From IMG/VR virus record IMGVR_UViG_3300025009_000058: DNA of 64,000 nucleotides. The stretch is one strand, 5' to 3'. The position numbers and the translations under genes were made by a program. Shown here piece after piece: positions 36,497 through 45,070 of the stretch. The stretch comes from a virus. Taxonomy: Duplodnaviria > Heunggongvirae > Uroviricota > Caudoviricetes. Positions within the stretch are counted from its first letter, which is position 1. Each line of letters starts with the position of its first letter. Under the pieces are notes generated by a model. That model searched no databases. It saw nothing but the letters and a program-made list of their open reading frames with translations, and was not told the origin of the DNA.

Positions 36497-36943
36497 TTAT
36501 GCAACCGGTAATTTGTAGACTTTTTTGTTTGAACCTTGAGTCTGAGTCTTTGTGCAATGAAGCTGATCTCTCAACATTCCGCGAACTTTTCGATCAAATT
36601 TTTCTGCTTTCAATTGTTCAATTGGCGTTGAGCTAATTGATTTCAAAATTTCTTCAGTTCCGAGACCGTCAGGATTTTTTGTAAGAACGTCCTTCAATGC
36701 ATTTAACAATGCTTCGTCTGCTGCTGCTTGTTCCGGAGATTTTGTACGAGGTTTAAGATTTGCAAGTCGCATTGCCTTGAGTTCTTCTTCAGTTTTCTTC
36801 GGCTTGTCTTCTTTAACCTTTTTTTCTTTCTTTGGTTTTGTTTCTACTGCGGCTGCTGCTGCATCTTGTGAGGCAACTTGACCAGCTGCTGCATCCGTTG
36901 CAACTGCAGCGTCTTTTGCTTTTAATCCTGCTAATTTTGCCAT
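36497..36943 (-). CDS. Histone-H1-like Ala/Lys/Pro-rich basic protein
   Basis: 148 aa with a low-complexity AAAA/KPKKEKK N-terminus. Its 5' UTR (catttgtttggctccttttagt) is near-identical to that of 41145..41402. Confidence 0.55.
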   Translation of the reverse strand: MAKLAGLKAKDAAVATDAAAGQVASQDAAAAAVETKPKKEKKVKEDKPKKTEEELKAMRLANLKPRTKSPEQAAADEALLNALKDVLTKNPDGLGTEEILKSISSTPIEQLKAEKFDRKVRGMLRDQLHCTKTQTQGSNKKVYKLPVA

Positions 36944-36998
36944 TTGTTTGGCTCCTTTTAGTTATTAATTGATTTTTTATTTCTCATTGAAATAAAAA

Positions 36999-37019
36999 TT
37001 TGATAAACAAATATAAAGC
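36999..37019 (-). promoter_or_regulatory. Promoter-like motif, type 2 (ttgataaacaaatataaagct)
   Basis: Upstream of 36497..36943. Confidence 0.45.
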
Positions 37020-37043
37020 TTCTTTCTATTCTGTTCTGCAAAA

Positions 37044-37421
37044 TTAATCTTTATCTCTTAACAAGCTGTGAGTATCAAGAAATTCATTTAATGAAAAAGT
37101 ACCTTTTTTATGTTCAACAAACATTGCCCAATATGTTAAAAAGTCTATATCGGGCCTTTGGTTTTTTGAGTCAAAGATTACATTACTAGTACTCCTAAAA
37201 CAAATTTGGAATTCTTTAAATTTTTTCAAGCATTCTGCAGTATTTATAACTAAGCCATTTTCAAGATTTATAAATTTAAAATAAGGAAAAGTTTCACCAA
37301 CAAGATAATTCTCAATTGAATCTTCTTTTCCCTCAGGTAAACCAATAAAATAAGATGGTGCTAAATCTTTAACTTTTGAAATCTCAATATTATCCTCAGT
37401 AAAAACAAGAAATTTAGTCAT
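37044..37421 (-). CDS. Hypothetical protein
   Basis: Trimmed to the internal Met (MTKFLVF..). This Met has RBS AGAGGA and an ATGA overlap with the upstream small ORF. Confidence 0.5.
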   Translation of the reverse strand: MTKFLVFTEDNIEISKVKDLAPSYFIGLPEGKEDSIENYLVGETFPYFKFINLENGLVINTAECLKKFKEFQICFRSTSNVIFDSKNQRPDIDFLTYWAMFVEHKKGTFSLNEFLDTHSLLRDKD

Positions 37422-37549
37422 ATTTTTCCTCTGGAAAGGGTATAAATTAAATAAACAAAACATCCTAAACAAAAAAATATAAATAGTGCAAATAAAGGTA
37501 GAATTACTTGAAGCATTAATAATGTAAACATTAGAGGTATTAATCTCAT
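37418..37549 (-). CDS. Small hydrophobic membrane peptide (43 aa)
   Basis: Not in the ORF track. Translation MRLIPLMFTLLMLQVILPLFALFIFFCLGCFVYLIYTLSRGKI*. Its stop is coupled to the next gene's start, and a promoter motif lies 26 nt upstream. Confidence 0.45.
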   Translation of the reverse strand: MRLIPLMFTLLMLQVILPLFALFIFFCLGCFVYLIYTLSRGKI

Positions 37550-37574
37550 TTAATCCCTTAATTGAATATTTTTA

Positions 37575-37596
37575 ATTGAATTACAAATATAATATC
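37575..37596 (-). promoter_or_regulatory. Promoter-like motif copy (ttgaattacaaatataatatct)
   Basis: Upstream of the small peptide gene at 37418..37549. Confidence 0.45.
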
Positions 37597-37678
37597 TCTT
37601 TGATACTTGAAAATATTATATTTTGCTCAATTAATATGTGAGATATAGTTATTTGGATTTTTAAACTATACGTGAAGG

Positions 37679-38131
37679 CTAGATTACTCCAATGATCCTT
37701 GCATTTTTCAGAGTTGCCTCCATAAACCTTTGTACATCTCCTGGATTGACTCCTTGCTTACCAGTACCAATTAAAGGCACAAAGACTTTTTTACCTCTTG
37801 CTTCTAGATCATCAAAGTTCTTATCTCCCCAAGCTCTTAACCATAAAATTGATTCTTGAATTACAGAGAAGTCAGATTTATTTCTTTGAGTAGACTTACA
37901 AGGTAACAGGATTATGTTGTGTTCTTTATAATATTGATGAAAATCACCTGATAAAATATCTACATTATATTGAGCTCTAAGTCCTGGATTCTGAGCAAAT
38001 ACTTCTTTCAAATAACTTGAAACCTTTAGTGCTTTGCCTTCTGCTTTTTTATTAGGGTCTACACCTAGCACAATAATGTGACCAATTTGATGATATATAT
38101 ATAGTTTTGAATCTCTCCATTCCATAATCAT
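37679..38131 (-). CDS. Possible macro-domain-like protein
   Basis: 150 aa. VFVPLIGTGKQGV resembles the macro-domain diphosphate-binding loop (..AFPAISTGVYG..). The assignment is weak. Confidence 0.3.
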   Translation of the reverse strand: MIMEWRDSKLYIYHQIGHIIVLGVDPNKKAEGKALKVSSYLKEVFAQNPGLRAQYNVDILSGDFHQYYKEHNIILLPCKSTQRNKSDFSVIQESILWLRAWGDKNFDDLEARGKKVFVPLIGTGKQGVNPGDVQRFMEATLKNARIIGVI

Positions 38132-38394
38132 CCTTGAAGTTTTTTAGCTTTCTTTTTTAAATATTTCCAATATAAATAAATACCAACATATACATATGAT
38201 TTATTTATAATATTAAGATTCATCTTTTTAATTTGAGACTTAATCCAGAGAATATTACCATGTATGAGTAGTATACCAGTATTAGCACAAACTAATCTAT
38301 ATTCACCGGCATCTCTATTAACTTTCTTAAGTCTAAATTTATATCTTTGAGCATCTGCAAAACTGTTTAATGTAATAATATCTTCAATCATCAT
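38128..38394 (-). CDS. Hypothetical protein
   Basis: 88-aa ORF. Confidence 0.4.
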   Translation of the reverse strand: MMIEDIITLNSFADAQRYKFRLKKVNRDAGEYRLVCANTGILLIHGNILWIKSQIKKMNLNIINKSYVYVGIYLYWKYLKKKAKKLQG

Positions 38395-38486
38395 TTCACC
38401 AATAGTTCTTTATATCTTGACCGAAGAAATGAAATTCTTTATCTGTATTTAATGACTTATCAAGACCTATATAAAGTATTTTCATT

Positions 38487-39896
38487 TTATCCTCTTCCAG
38501 TTTTTATACAATCTGGTCTAAATCTTTTAAAAATAGGAAATCTTAATGAATGCGTACCTTGTTTGTTAATAGTAATTTCTTGAGAAACTACTTCTATAAA
38601 TTGACCTATTAATTCATCTTTTCTTTTCCAAAAATCATTTCTTTCTTTATCTTCAAACCCTCCTCCACACTTACCAGATATTTTTACTGTTTTCTCTTCA
38701 ATAGCAATATCTTCATCGACTAGTGGTATTTCAGCTTCATAGGTAAACCCACCTAATCTATCTTCATTTTTAGTACCTTTTTCACCTAAATAAGCATCTA
38801 AAATCTTAACAATATATTCACTTTCATTTGTGTTGCCCATTACTTCATCATAGTCTTGAATTTTGAACTTCCACCAAGTTGCTTGTTTTCCTCCTCTCTT
38901 TGAACCCGCTGAATACATGTACATTGAGTTTGAGTCTTTACAAATGACTCCCTCCTCCCCAACTTCACCTTTCCAATATTCAAAAGACTTAATTACATCA
39001 TCCATGCTGTTAACTTCACCATATGGAAGTGTAACTAAGTGAGGTGCCATTAAAGGTTCTCCATCATCAAATAAGAATTCATTGAGTCTATTTTTTCTAT
39101 CTTTTAATTTATGGGTACATTTTTCTTCTAAAAACTCTTCTAAAGGAAGAATGTCCCATAATTTGAATACTGCCTCATCACATTGTACATCATGAATACG
39201 TCTTGCATTATTCATAATACCATTAAATGTTTTATCTTGAATCTCACCATCTAAAACAACTCCATTTTTATAAAACTCTTTTTCTCTGTCATAAAATGAT
39301 TCCCATAAAGTTCTAGTTTCTTGTTCAATTACTTTGAAATTTGTATATGGAATTCCGCTTCTAGCTTTGATTTCAATGTTTCCATCTGGATTAATGAATA
39401 TGAGAGCCCTTACCCCATCAATTTTTGGTTCAATCAAAAGAGGGAATTTAGGTTTTACTTTCTTGAACCTCTCACATAAACCTAATTTAAATTCAGGAAT
39501 CCAATCAGGCCAAATATCATTTATAAGACCAATTCCTACACCAATTTTAAGATCTTTCTTTAGGATTTTTTCAAGATATGGTCTAAACTCAAAAGGTAAT
39601 CCAGTATAAATATTTTCCACATGTTCTCTAGCTTGATTACCTGTTATGACTCTGTCATGTAGTGGTTGCAATTGATCCATTAAGTCATCTACAGTGTACA
39701 GTAACTTACAAGCATTAATTTCACTAATTAATACTACTTTTGCTACATAAAACTTAATATATGGATCATATGCAAAACGAAAAATCAATTTAAGATCTTC
39801 ATCATTTTTATAAAGATTTATTAAATCTTTCTTTGCATTTGTTGATGATATCTTTGAAAGATCATCAAAGACTAATCCAATTGTTTTTAAATCCAT
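38487..39896 (-). CDS. ATP-dependent DNA ligase
   Basis: 469 aa. It has the adenylation motif I KIDGVRALIF (KxDG) and a nucleotidyltransferase-plus-OB-fold layout. Confidence 0.8.
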   Translation of the reverse strand: MDLKTIGLVFDDLSKISSTNAKKDLINLYKNDEDLKLIFRFAYDPYIKFYVAKVVLISEINACKLLYTVDDLMDQLQPLHDRVITGNQAREHVENIYTGLPFEFRPYLEKILKKDLKIGVGIGLINDIWPDWIPEFKLGLCERFKKVKPKFPLLIEPKIDGVRALIFINPDGNIEIKARSGIPYTNFKVIEQETRTLWESFYDREKEFYKNGVVLDGEIQDKTFNGIMNNARRIHDVQCDEAVFKLWDILPLEEFLEEKCTHKLKDRKNRLNEFLFDDGEPLMAPHLVTLPYGEVNSMDDVIKSFEYWKGEVGEEGVICKDSNSMYMYSAGSKRGGKQATWWKFKIQDYDEVMGNTNESEYIVKILDAYLGEKGTKNEDRLGGFTYEAEIPLVDEDIAIEEKTVKISGKCGGGFEDKERNDFWKRKDELIGQFIEVVSQEITINKQGTHSLRFPIFKRFRPDCIKTGRG

Positions 39897-40451
39897 TTAG
39901 ACTCCTATTTTAGAAGATAAAACTTCTATTGATTTGTTGAATCTATTTAAATGTTGTTTAACTAATTCTTTTTGATTATAAGCTTCTTGAGCTTTTTCAA
40001 TCTTTAGTCTAAGATCTAATTTTTTTAATAAAAAGCTAATTATTTGTTCTACAAATAAAGCTGTCTTATTAATATCAACATTATAATATTTATTTGGGAT
40101 TTTTCTTTCACCCGAATCTTTATTAATGTACTCAAATAGTTCTCTGGAGCCTTCTAAATTGATATTAAATTCAAACTTAGGCACACATATACCCATACCA
40201 TCATCAGTTTTATTGTCAGTATAGATAGTCCACGAAAAAATTTCTACTCCTTTATAGAAAATATTATACTCACCAATATTCTCTGATATCCATTCTAATT
40301 TGATTATATAATTATCATTATGTGGACCATAAGATATATTCTTTTTATAATCATCAATCAATAAGCCTAAATTAAAATTAAGCTTACAAAAATCAGGGTA
40401 CCTTTGATTAAATAATCTAGAAATAGGATTATCCAGTTTAAAAGGGTTCAT
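39897..40451 (-). CDS. Hypothetical protein
   Basis: 184-aa ORF. Confidence 0.5.
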   Translation of the reverse strand: MNPFKLDNPISRLFNQRYPDFCKLNFNLGLLIDDYKKNISYGPHNDNYIIKLEWISENIGEYNIFYKGVEIFSWTIYTDNKTDDGMGICVPKFEFNINLEGSRELFEYINKDSGERKIPNKYYNVDINKTALFVEQIISFLLKKLDLRLKIEKAQEAYNQKELVKQHLNRFNKSIEVLSSKIGV

Positions 40452-40753
40452 TTTTGTCTCATATCTGTGACAGCTATTGATATTGATCCATTAGATGAAT
40501 TAGCAATTACATATATAATTTTTCCAGTTTGAAAATCCATTACACGATATAATTCATCATTAAACTTGCCCGTATTAATTATATGTGTATTTGTAATAGA
40601 TGCAGAAGTATTATGATACCATTCTCTATATTGAAATGTAGTACCAAAGAAAGAAAAGATAACAATAATTATAAATACAATTATTGCAATTTCCATAAAT
40701 ATTTGTTTTCTAGTTTTCATATATTTTCTCTTTAGGACATTTATAAAAATCAA
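40448..40753 (-). CDS. Small TM protein
   Basis: 101 aa with the TM segment EIAIIVFIIIVIFSFFGTTF. Confidence 0.45.
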   Translation of the reverse strand: MIFINVLKRKYMKTRKQIFMEIAIIVFIIIVIFSFFGTTFQYREWYHNTSASITNTHIINTGKFNDELYRVMDFQTGKIIYVIANSSNGSISIAVTDMRQK

Positions 40754-41042
40754 ATTTAGTTTTCAACTTTTCTACATTACGTAGAATGAAATTCTTAGCA
40801 TCAATACTACTATTAAAAGATATTTTAAGAGTTATATTCCTCTTAGTTATATTTTCATCCTTTACATAGAAATGTATCTTATGCATACCATCATCAGGAT
40901 GAGATCTAGCAAAAGTTCTTTGTACTTGTATATACCCTATCTTCAGTCCACCTAATTTAATATCATGAGTCTCAGGTTCAAATGATTTCCATCTACCTAT
41001 ATGTTTAATTTTTTTAAAAGAGAAATTTTCTTTTTTTGCCAT
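40710..41042 (-). CDS. Hypothetical protein
   Basis: 110-aa ORF. Confidence 0.45.
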   Translation of the reverse strand: MAKKENFSFKKIKHIGRWKSFEPETHDIKLGGLKIGYIQVQRTFARSHPDDGMHKIHFYVKDENITKRNITLKISFNSSIDAKNFILRNVEKLKTKFDFYKCPKEKIYEN

Positions 41043-41144
41043 ATCAATTATTTATTTTTATTCAACAAATATAATTCATCATTAATACAGAAATGCCAGA
41101 AAATAAATTCTGGCATTTCTAGACTAAGAATATTTAGAAGAATA

Positions 41145-41402
41145 TTAAGCTTGAGGTGCAGATGCAATTGTTTCGCGTTTCTCTCTTAAAGCAGCTCTAA
41201 GTTCCTTCATGAATTTGGTCATTGCAGAACTGCCAGTATTTACTCTTTTGCCTGGAGCTTTCATACCCTTATCAAAAAAGCGAATAATATCTGTTTTCAA
41301 CTGTTCAGTAATTTCATCTAATTTACCACAAAGCAATTCACCTTGTGTTGGATCTACTACTGCAGTTTCTGTTGCAACGGATTCTGTTTTTACTTCTGCC
41401 AT
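41145..41402 (-). CDS. Small basic protein (paralogous 5' UTR to 36497..36943)
   Basis: 85 aa with RBS AAGGAG. It is the first gene of the minus-strand arm. Confidence 0.5.
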   Translation of the reverse strand: MAEVKTESVATETAVVDPTQGELLCGKLDEITEQLKTDIIRFFDKGMKAPGKRVNTGSSAMTKFMKELRAALREKRETIASAPQA

Positions 41403-41440
41403 TTGTTTGGCTCCTTTTAGTGGTTGAAATTAATTTATTA

Positions 41441-41464
41441 TTTGAGACAACAAATATATTACAT
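41441..41464 (-). promoter_or_regulatory. Promoter-like motif copy (ttgagacaacaaatatattacatc)
   Basis: 39 nt upstream of the 41402 start. Confidence 0.45.
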
Positions 41465-41698
41465 CTTTTATTTTTTGATGTGAAAAATTTTTAGAACCAT
41501 ACTTTATTGATAAAATATAAAATGTATCTTATTAGTGAAATAATTGATAATCAAAATATTCTAATAAATAAACTTCTTTCCAATGCGCTCGCCCGTAGTT
41601 GCTTTTATATTTTATATCAGAATGTTAATAATATAAATGTTAAGATCTTGTTTACCATAATTTAATTCAAATTTAATTTAAAAACACCCGTTGAACCG

Positions 41699-41728
41699 TT
41701 GACTTCATTAGTGAATATGTCATATAAC
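41699..41728 (+). promoter_or_regulatory. Candidate host sigma-70-type promoter (TTGACT-N18-TATAAC)
   Basis: Lies in the divergent intergenic region. It is bracketed by the 8-bp inverted repeat ttgaaccg (41691) / cggttcaa (41766) and the palindrome gtcaaaag..cttgtgtgttttgac. Confidence 0.35.
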
Positions 41729-41950
41729 AAGTCAAAAGTAACTTGTGTGTTTTGACTTTTTCTGGCGGTTCAAAAATCAATCTGTAAAAAGTTTAAAACT
41801 CTCAATTTGAAGAACACCGAGTTCGAAAATCCTAATATATTATATATAAATAAGGTTAATAATTTAAAACTAAAATAAGTTAAATAGCTTTTTAGTTAAA
41901 TATATTGGAATTTTCCGCAACTCTGAGTATACTTTATTTTATTGAGATTA

Positions 41951-42175
41951 TTAGCCACCAATCTTAAGTAGCTTTCCATCAGATTCAAGATAATTTTCAT
42001 AGTAGATATCAATTATTTCACTGGGAGAATCCTTTACATATATCATCAATCCTACAACTCCGGAGTTTTTATTGATATAACCTCTACCCTCTAATTGGAG
42101 TTCGCCTAAAGCAATTTTTTCTATAAGTTGCTCAACAGGGGTATTGGACGTTATTTTAATCTCTTTCTCATCCAT
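41951..42175 (-). CDS. Hypothetical protein
   Basis: 74-aa ORF in the divergent region. Confidence 0.35.
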   Translation of the reverse strand: MDEKEIKITSNTPVEQLIEKIALGELQLEGRGYINKNSGVVGLMIYVKDSPSEIIDIYYENYLESDGKLLKIGG

Positions 42176-42411
42176 TAATTAACCTTATCTCTTTTATAGT
42201 TTTCAATCATATTTGATAGTGTTTCTATACAATCTGTAAAATTATCTTCATTCTCCTGAGATTTTAACCATAAGTTAAATTCTGGATCATTTAGTAGTGA
42301 AACTAATTCTTCAAACAATATCTTATATTCTTCTGGATTCAATTAATTTCGCACCAATGGAGTAACTGATTGTTTAATTTTGTCACATCAATTTTGGAGT
42401 AAATTTTCAAT

Positions 42412-43206
42412 ATGATTAATATAATTTCACCAGAACAATTTACTAGTCTGAGTAATTCAGAGGCTAAACTTTTATTCTACCTCTTTCTTTGTCGCAGCAA
42501 TATATCCTCACAATTTAATTTAAATGTTATTAAGAAATCATTTGATGGTAGCCATCAACAAGTATTTTTTCTATTAAATAAACTTGAAGCAGCAGAACAC
42601 TTTGAATATAATATTAATAAAAATGAATTAGGTGTTTTATTCCCTTCTGGATTTGTATCTTTTCATGTTGAAGATTGGACAAATGATCAAATTATTGATA
42701 TGCAATCTACTATATTTGAAAATGATTTAACTACTATTGAAGGATTGATAGAGCAAGTATATATACCTCAGAATATATATACTAAAAAACTAGAACAGTT
42801 AAGTATACCTGCTACTTCAAAAATCAAATGCACAACTAAAACAGAGCGTAGAAAACAAAGAAAGAAAGAGCAAGCAGAATTGATGAAAGATCCAAAGTTT
42901 ATCTTGGCAATTGATGTAGTTGAATATTTGTATTTAAAATTAAAGGAAAAAAATATAAGAGAAGTATATCTCACTACTAAAGATAGAAATAGTGAGATAA
43001 GAAAAATATTTACTCTTGTGAAAGCTAATCCTTCTGTATCATTGGAAGAATATCAAAAAGTAGTTGATTATTTTACAAGCCACACAAATTTCTGGCAGAA
43101 AGTTATTATTGATTGTACTACTCTCCAGAAAAATTTCTTTAAAGGCTTAGTACAGATTAAAGCAGCAAATAGAACTTCTAATTCTCATGGGATTAAATTT
43201 TTATGA
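42412..43206 (+). CDS. Putative replication initiator / replisome organizer
   Basis: 264 aa. The first gene of the plus-strand arm, directly upstream of a loader-like gene and DnaB. The call is by position only. Confidence 0.4.
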   Translation: MINIISPEQFTSLSNSEAKLLFYLFLCRSNISSQFNLNVIKKSFDGSHQQVFFLLNKLEAAEHFEYNINKNELGVLFPSGFVSFHVEDWTNDQIIDMQSTIFENDLTTIEGLIEQVYIPQNIYTKKLEQLSIPATSKIKCTTKTERRKQRKKEQAELMKDPKFILAIDVVEYLYLKLKEKNIREVYLTTKDRNSEIRKIFTLVKANPSVSLEEYQKVVDYFTSHTNFWQKVIIDCTTLQKNFFKGLVQIKAANRTSNSHGIKFL

Positions 43207-43724
43207 CAGATGGTCTTAAAAAATATGAAGAAGACTGGAATTTAAGGTACCTTAATTTAACTGATCCATCACTTATTGAATCTTCATTAAGTGAAGCCAG
43301 CTTGGAAGCATTAAATAAAGTAATTAATAGTTTTCCAGATGTAGACCCAAAAATCATATCTTTTACAGGTGATACATTTATTGGAAATTTAATCTATAAT
43401 TACTTGATTACTACCTTTATGGAAAGTAAATTCATACGTACTAAATGCGTAAGAATAACAAATAGTTGGCAGTATGACAGCATAAGAGAATTAAGTCGAT
43501 CTACATATGATATGAGGCTTCTTGACAATTTAGAATTTTCATTATATAATAATATACAAAAAGAAGCATTAAATAATTATATTGAGACTATTTATAATCA
43601 GACAAAATTAATCATACTAAATGTCCCATCAAGTGAAGATTGGGAATTTGCCCCTAAATCTTTACAGAAATTAATCTCAAACCACTCATTAAACATCCTG
43701 ATCAAGTCCAAGGGCACAATATGA
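43203..43724 (+). CDS. Hypothetical protein (helicase loader candidate by position)
   Basis: 173 aa, translationally coupled on both sides. Confidence 0.4.
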   Translation: MTDGLKKYEEDWNLRYLNLTDPSLIESSLSEASLEALNKVINSFPDVDPKIISFTGDTFIGNLIYNYLITTFMESKFIRTKCVRITNSWQYDSIRELSRSTYDMRLLDNLEFSLYNNIQKEALNNYIETIYNQTKLIILNVPSSEDWEFAPKSLQKLISNHSLNILIKSKGTI

Positions 43725-45070
43725 TTGAAGATTTTTTATCCGAGCAATTAGCAGTTGGTTTAATGCTTAATAGCCGAGAAGCTGCATTCAAAGGAATTGG
43801 TGAATTAGATGATGGAGATTTTGCAAATCCAAATTTTATCGTAGTATTTAGAGCAATTAGAAAAGTTATTGAGCAGCAAAAAGAAGTTGATATATTCTCA
43901 GTAAATTCAATGCTTGAGAATATGGGAAAACCTTTGAGTCTTGAAGAACTATTCAATATTGAAGACAAATTCTATGTTGAAGAGAAGTTTGATTCTATTA
44001 TTGAGATTTTACATGATAAGAAGAACAGAAGAATTACAGATCAAAAATTAAAAGAAGTATCAAAAAGGCTTAATAATGATAATACTTCTTTTGATACTAT
44101 TATAAGAGATATTGATTCAGTTTTTGATACAAAGACTTATTCATCAAATGTAGTCTCAGGTACAAACTATCTTGAGTTTAGAGCTCAACAGGATAAAGAA
44201 AAAAGAGAAAGAAAATGGATTCTTACAGGCTTTGAAGAAATTGATAATATTTTAACCTATAAAATATCAAGGGGGGAAATATCAGTAATTGCTGCAAGAC
44301 CCTCAAATGGTAAATCTGCCCTAAAAACTAATCTAATTAAAAATATGTGTGAGCAAGGAGTAGGTGTAGTAAACTATGCTCTTGAGCAAACAATGGAAGT
44401 TGAATCTGATAGACTAGAATCTTTAGTCAGTGGGATACCTGGTCAATTTATTGTAGATTGCCACATATGGGAAGATACAGATTTTAGAAAGATAAAATTA
44501 ATGGAAGCAAGAGAAAAGATTGCTACTTGGAATTACCATTTAATTGAAGGTATAAGTAAATCTCTCGCTGAGATAAAAAGTGAATTAAGAATGCTAAAGA
44601 GAAAAGGTATTGAAATTGCATTCTTTGATTTATTTGATAGAATAAAAGATGTTGTAAATAGTACATCAAATAAAGCTCAACAAGTAACAAAGTGTTTAAC
44701 TGAGATGCTTGCTATTGCAAAAGAATTAAATATACATATTTGTGTTATAGTACAATTAAATAGAGATCTTACTAAAAGAAAGAGTATGATTCCACAACTA
44801 TCTGATTTAAAAGATTCTGGAGCATATGAAGAAGTTGCAAGAACAGTATTCTTTTTACATTATCCAAAAGCTCATGATAGAAAATTAGTAGAATCAAACA
44901 TTACATGGATCATTGCAAAACAAAATAATGGGCCATTATTTGAGATGGATATTCCTTTCCAAGAAGACATAGGAAAATTTATTTCAAAAGATCCAAGTAA
45001 TCAAGGTATTAAGAAAAAAGGTCTAAGTCAACCATCTTCTAATATTGAGACTCAAAATGATAGAAAATGA
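43721..45070 (+). CDS. DnaB-like replicative DNA helicase
   Basis: 449 aa with a DnaB N-terminal domain. RecA-like core with Walker A IAARPSNGKSALKTNLI and QLNRDL. Confidence 0.8.
   Translation: MIEDFLSEQLAVGLMLNSREAAFKGIGELDDGDFANPNFIVVFRAIRKVIEQQKEVDIFSVNSMLENMGKPLSLEELFNIEDKFYVEEKFDSIIEILHDKKNRRITDQKLKEVSKRLNNDNTSFDTIIRDIDSVFDTKTYSSNVVSGTNYLEFRAQQDKEKRERKWILTGFEEIDNILTYKISRGEISVIAARPSNGKSALKTNLIKNMCEQGVGVVNYALEQTMEVESDRLESLVSGIPGQFIVDCHIWEDTDFRKIKLMEAREKIATWNYHLIEGISKSLAEIKSELRMLKRKGIEIAFFDLFDRIKDVVNSTSNKAQQVTKCLTEMLAIAKELNIHICVIVQLNRDLTKRKSMIPQLSDLKDSGAYEEVARTVFFLHYPKAHDRKLVESNITWIIAKQNNGPLFEMDIPFQEDIGKFISKDPSNQGIKKKGLSQPSSNIETQNDRK

Noticed and set aside
8248-41464. Reading the conserved motif as a Bacteroidetes-type promoter (-7 TAnnTTTG present as TATATTTG on the transcribed strand) or as a T7-like single-subunit RNAP promoter
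   Set aside because: No conserved -33 TTTG lies at the expected distance in the copies inspected. No single-subunit RNAP gene is present in the window. The class of the element is left open.
42343-42345. 55-aa minus-strand ORF with a TTG start at 42345 (LNPEEYKILFEEL...), TAATG-coupled to 41951-42175
   Set aside because: It needs a non-ATG start and has no recognisable RBS. It cannot be supported from sequence alone.
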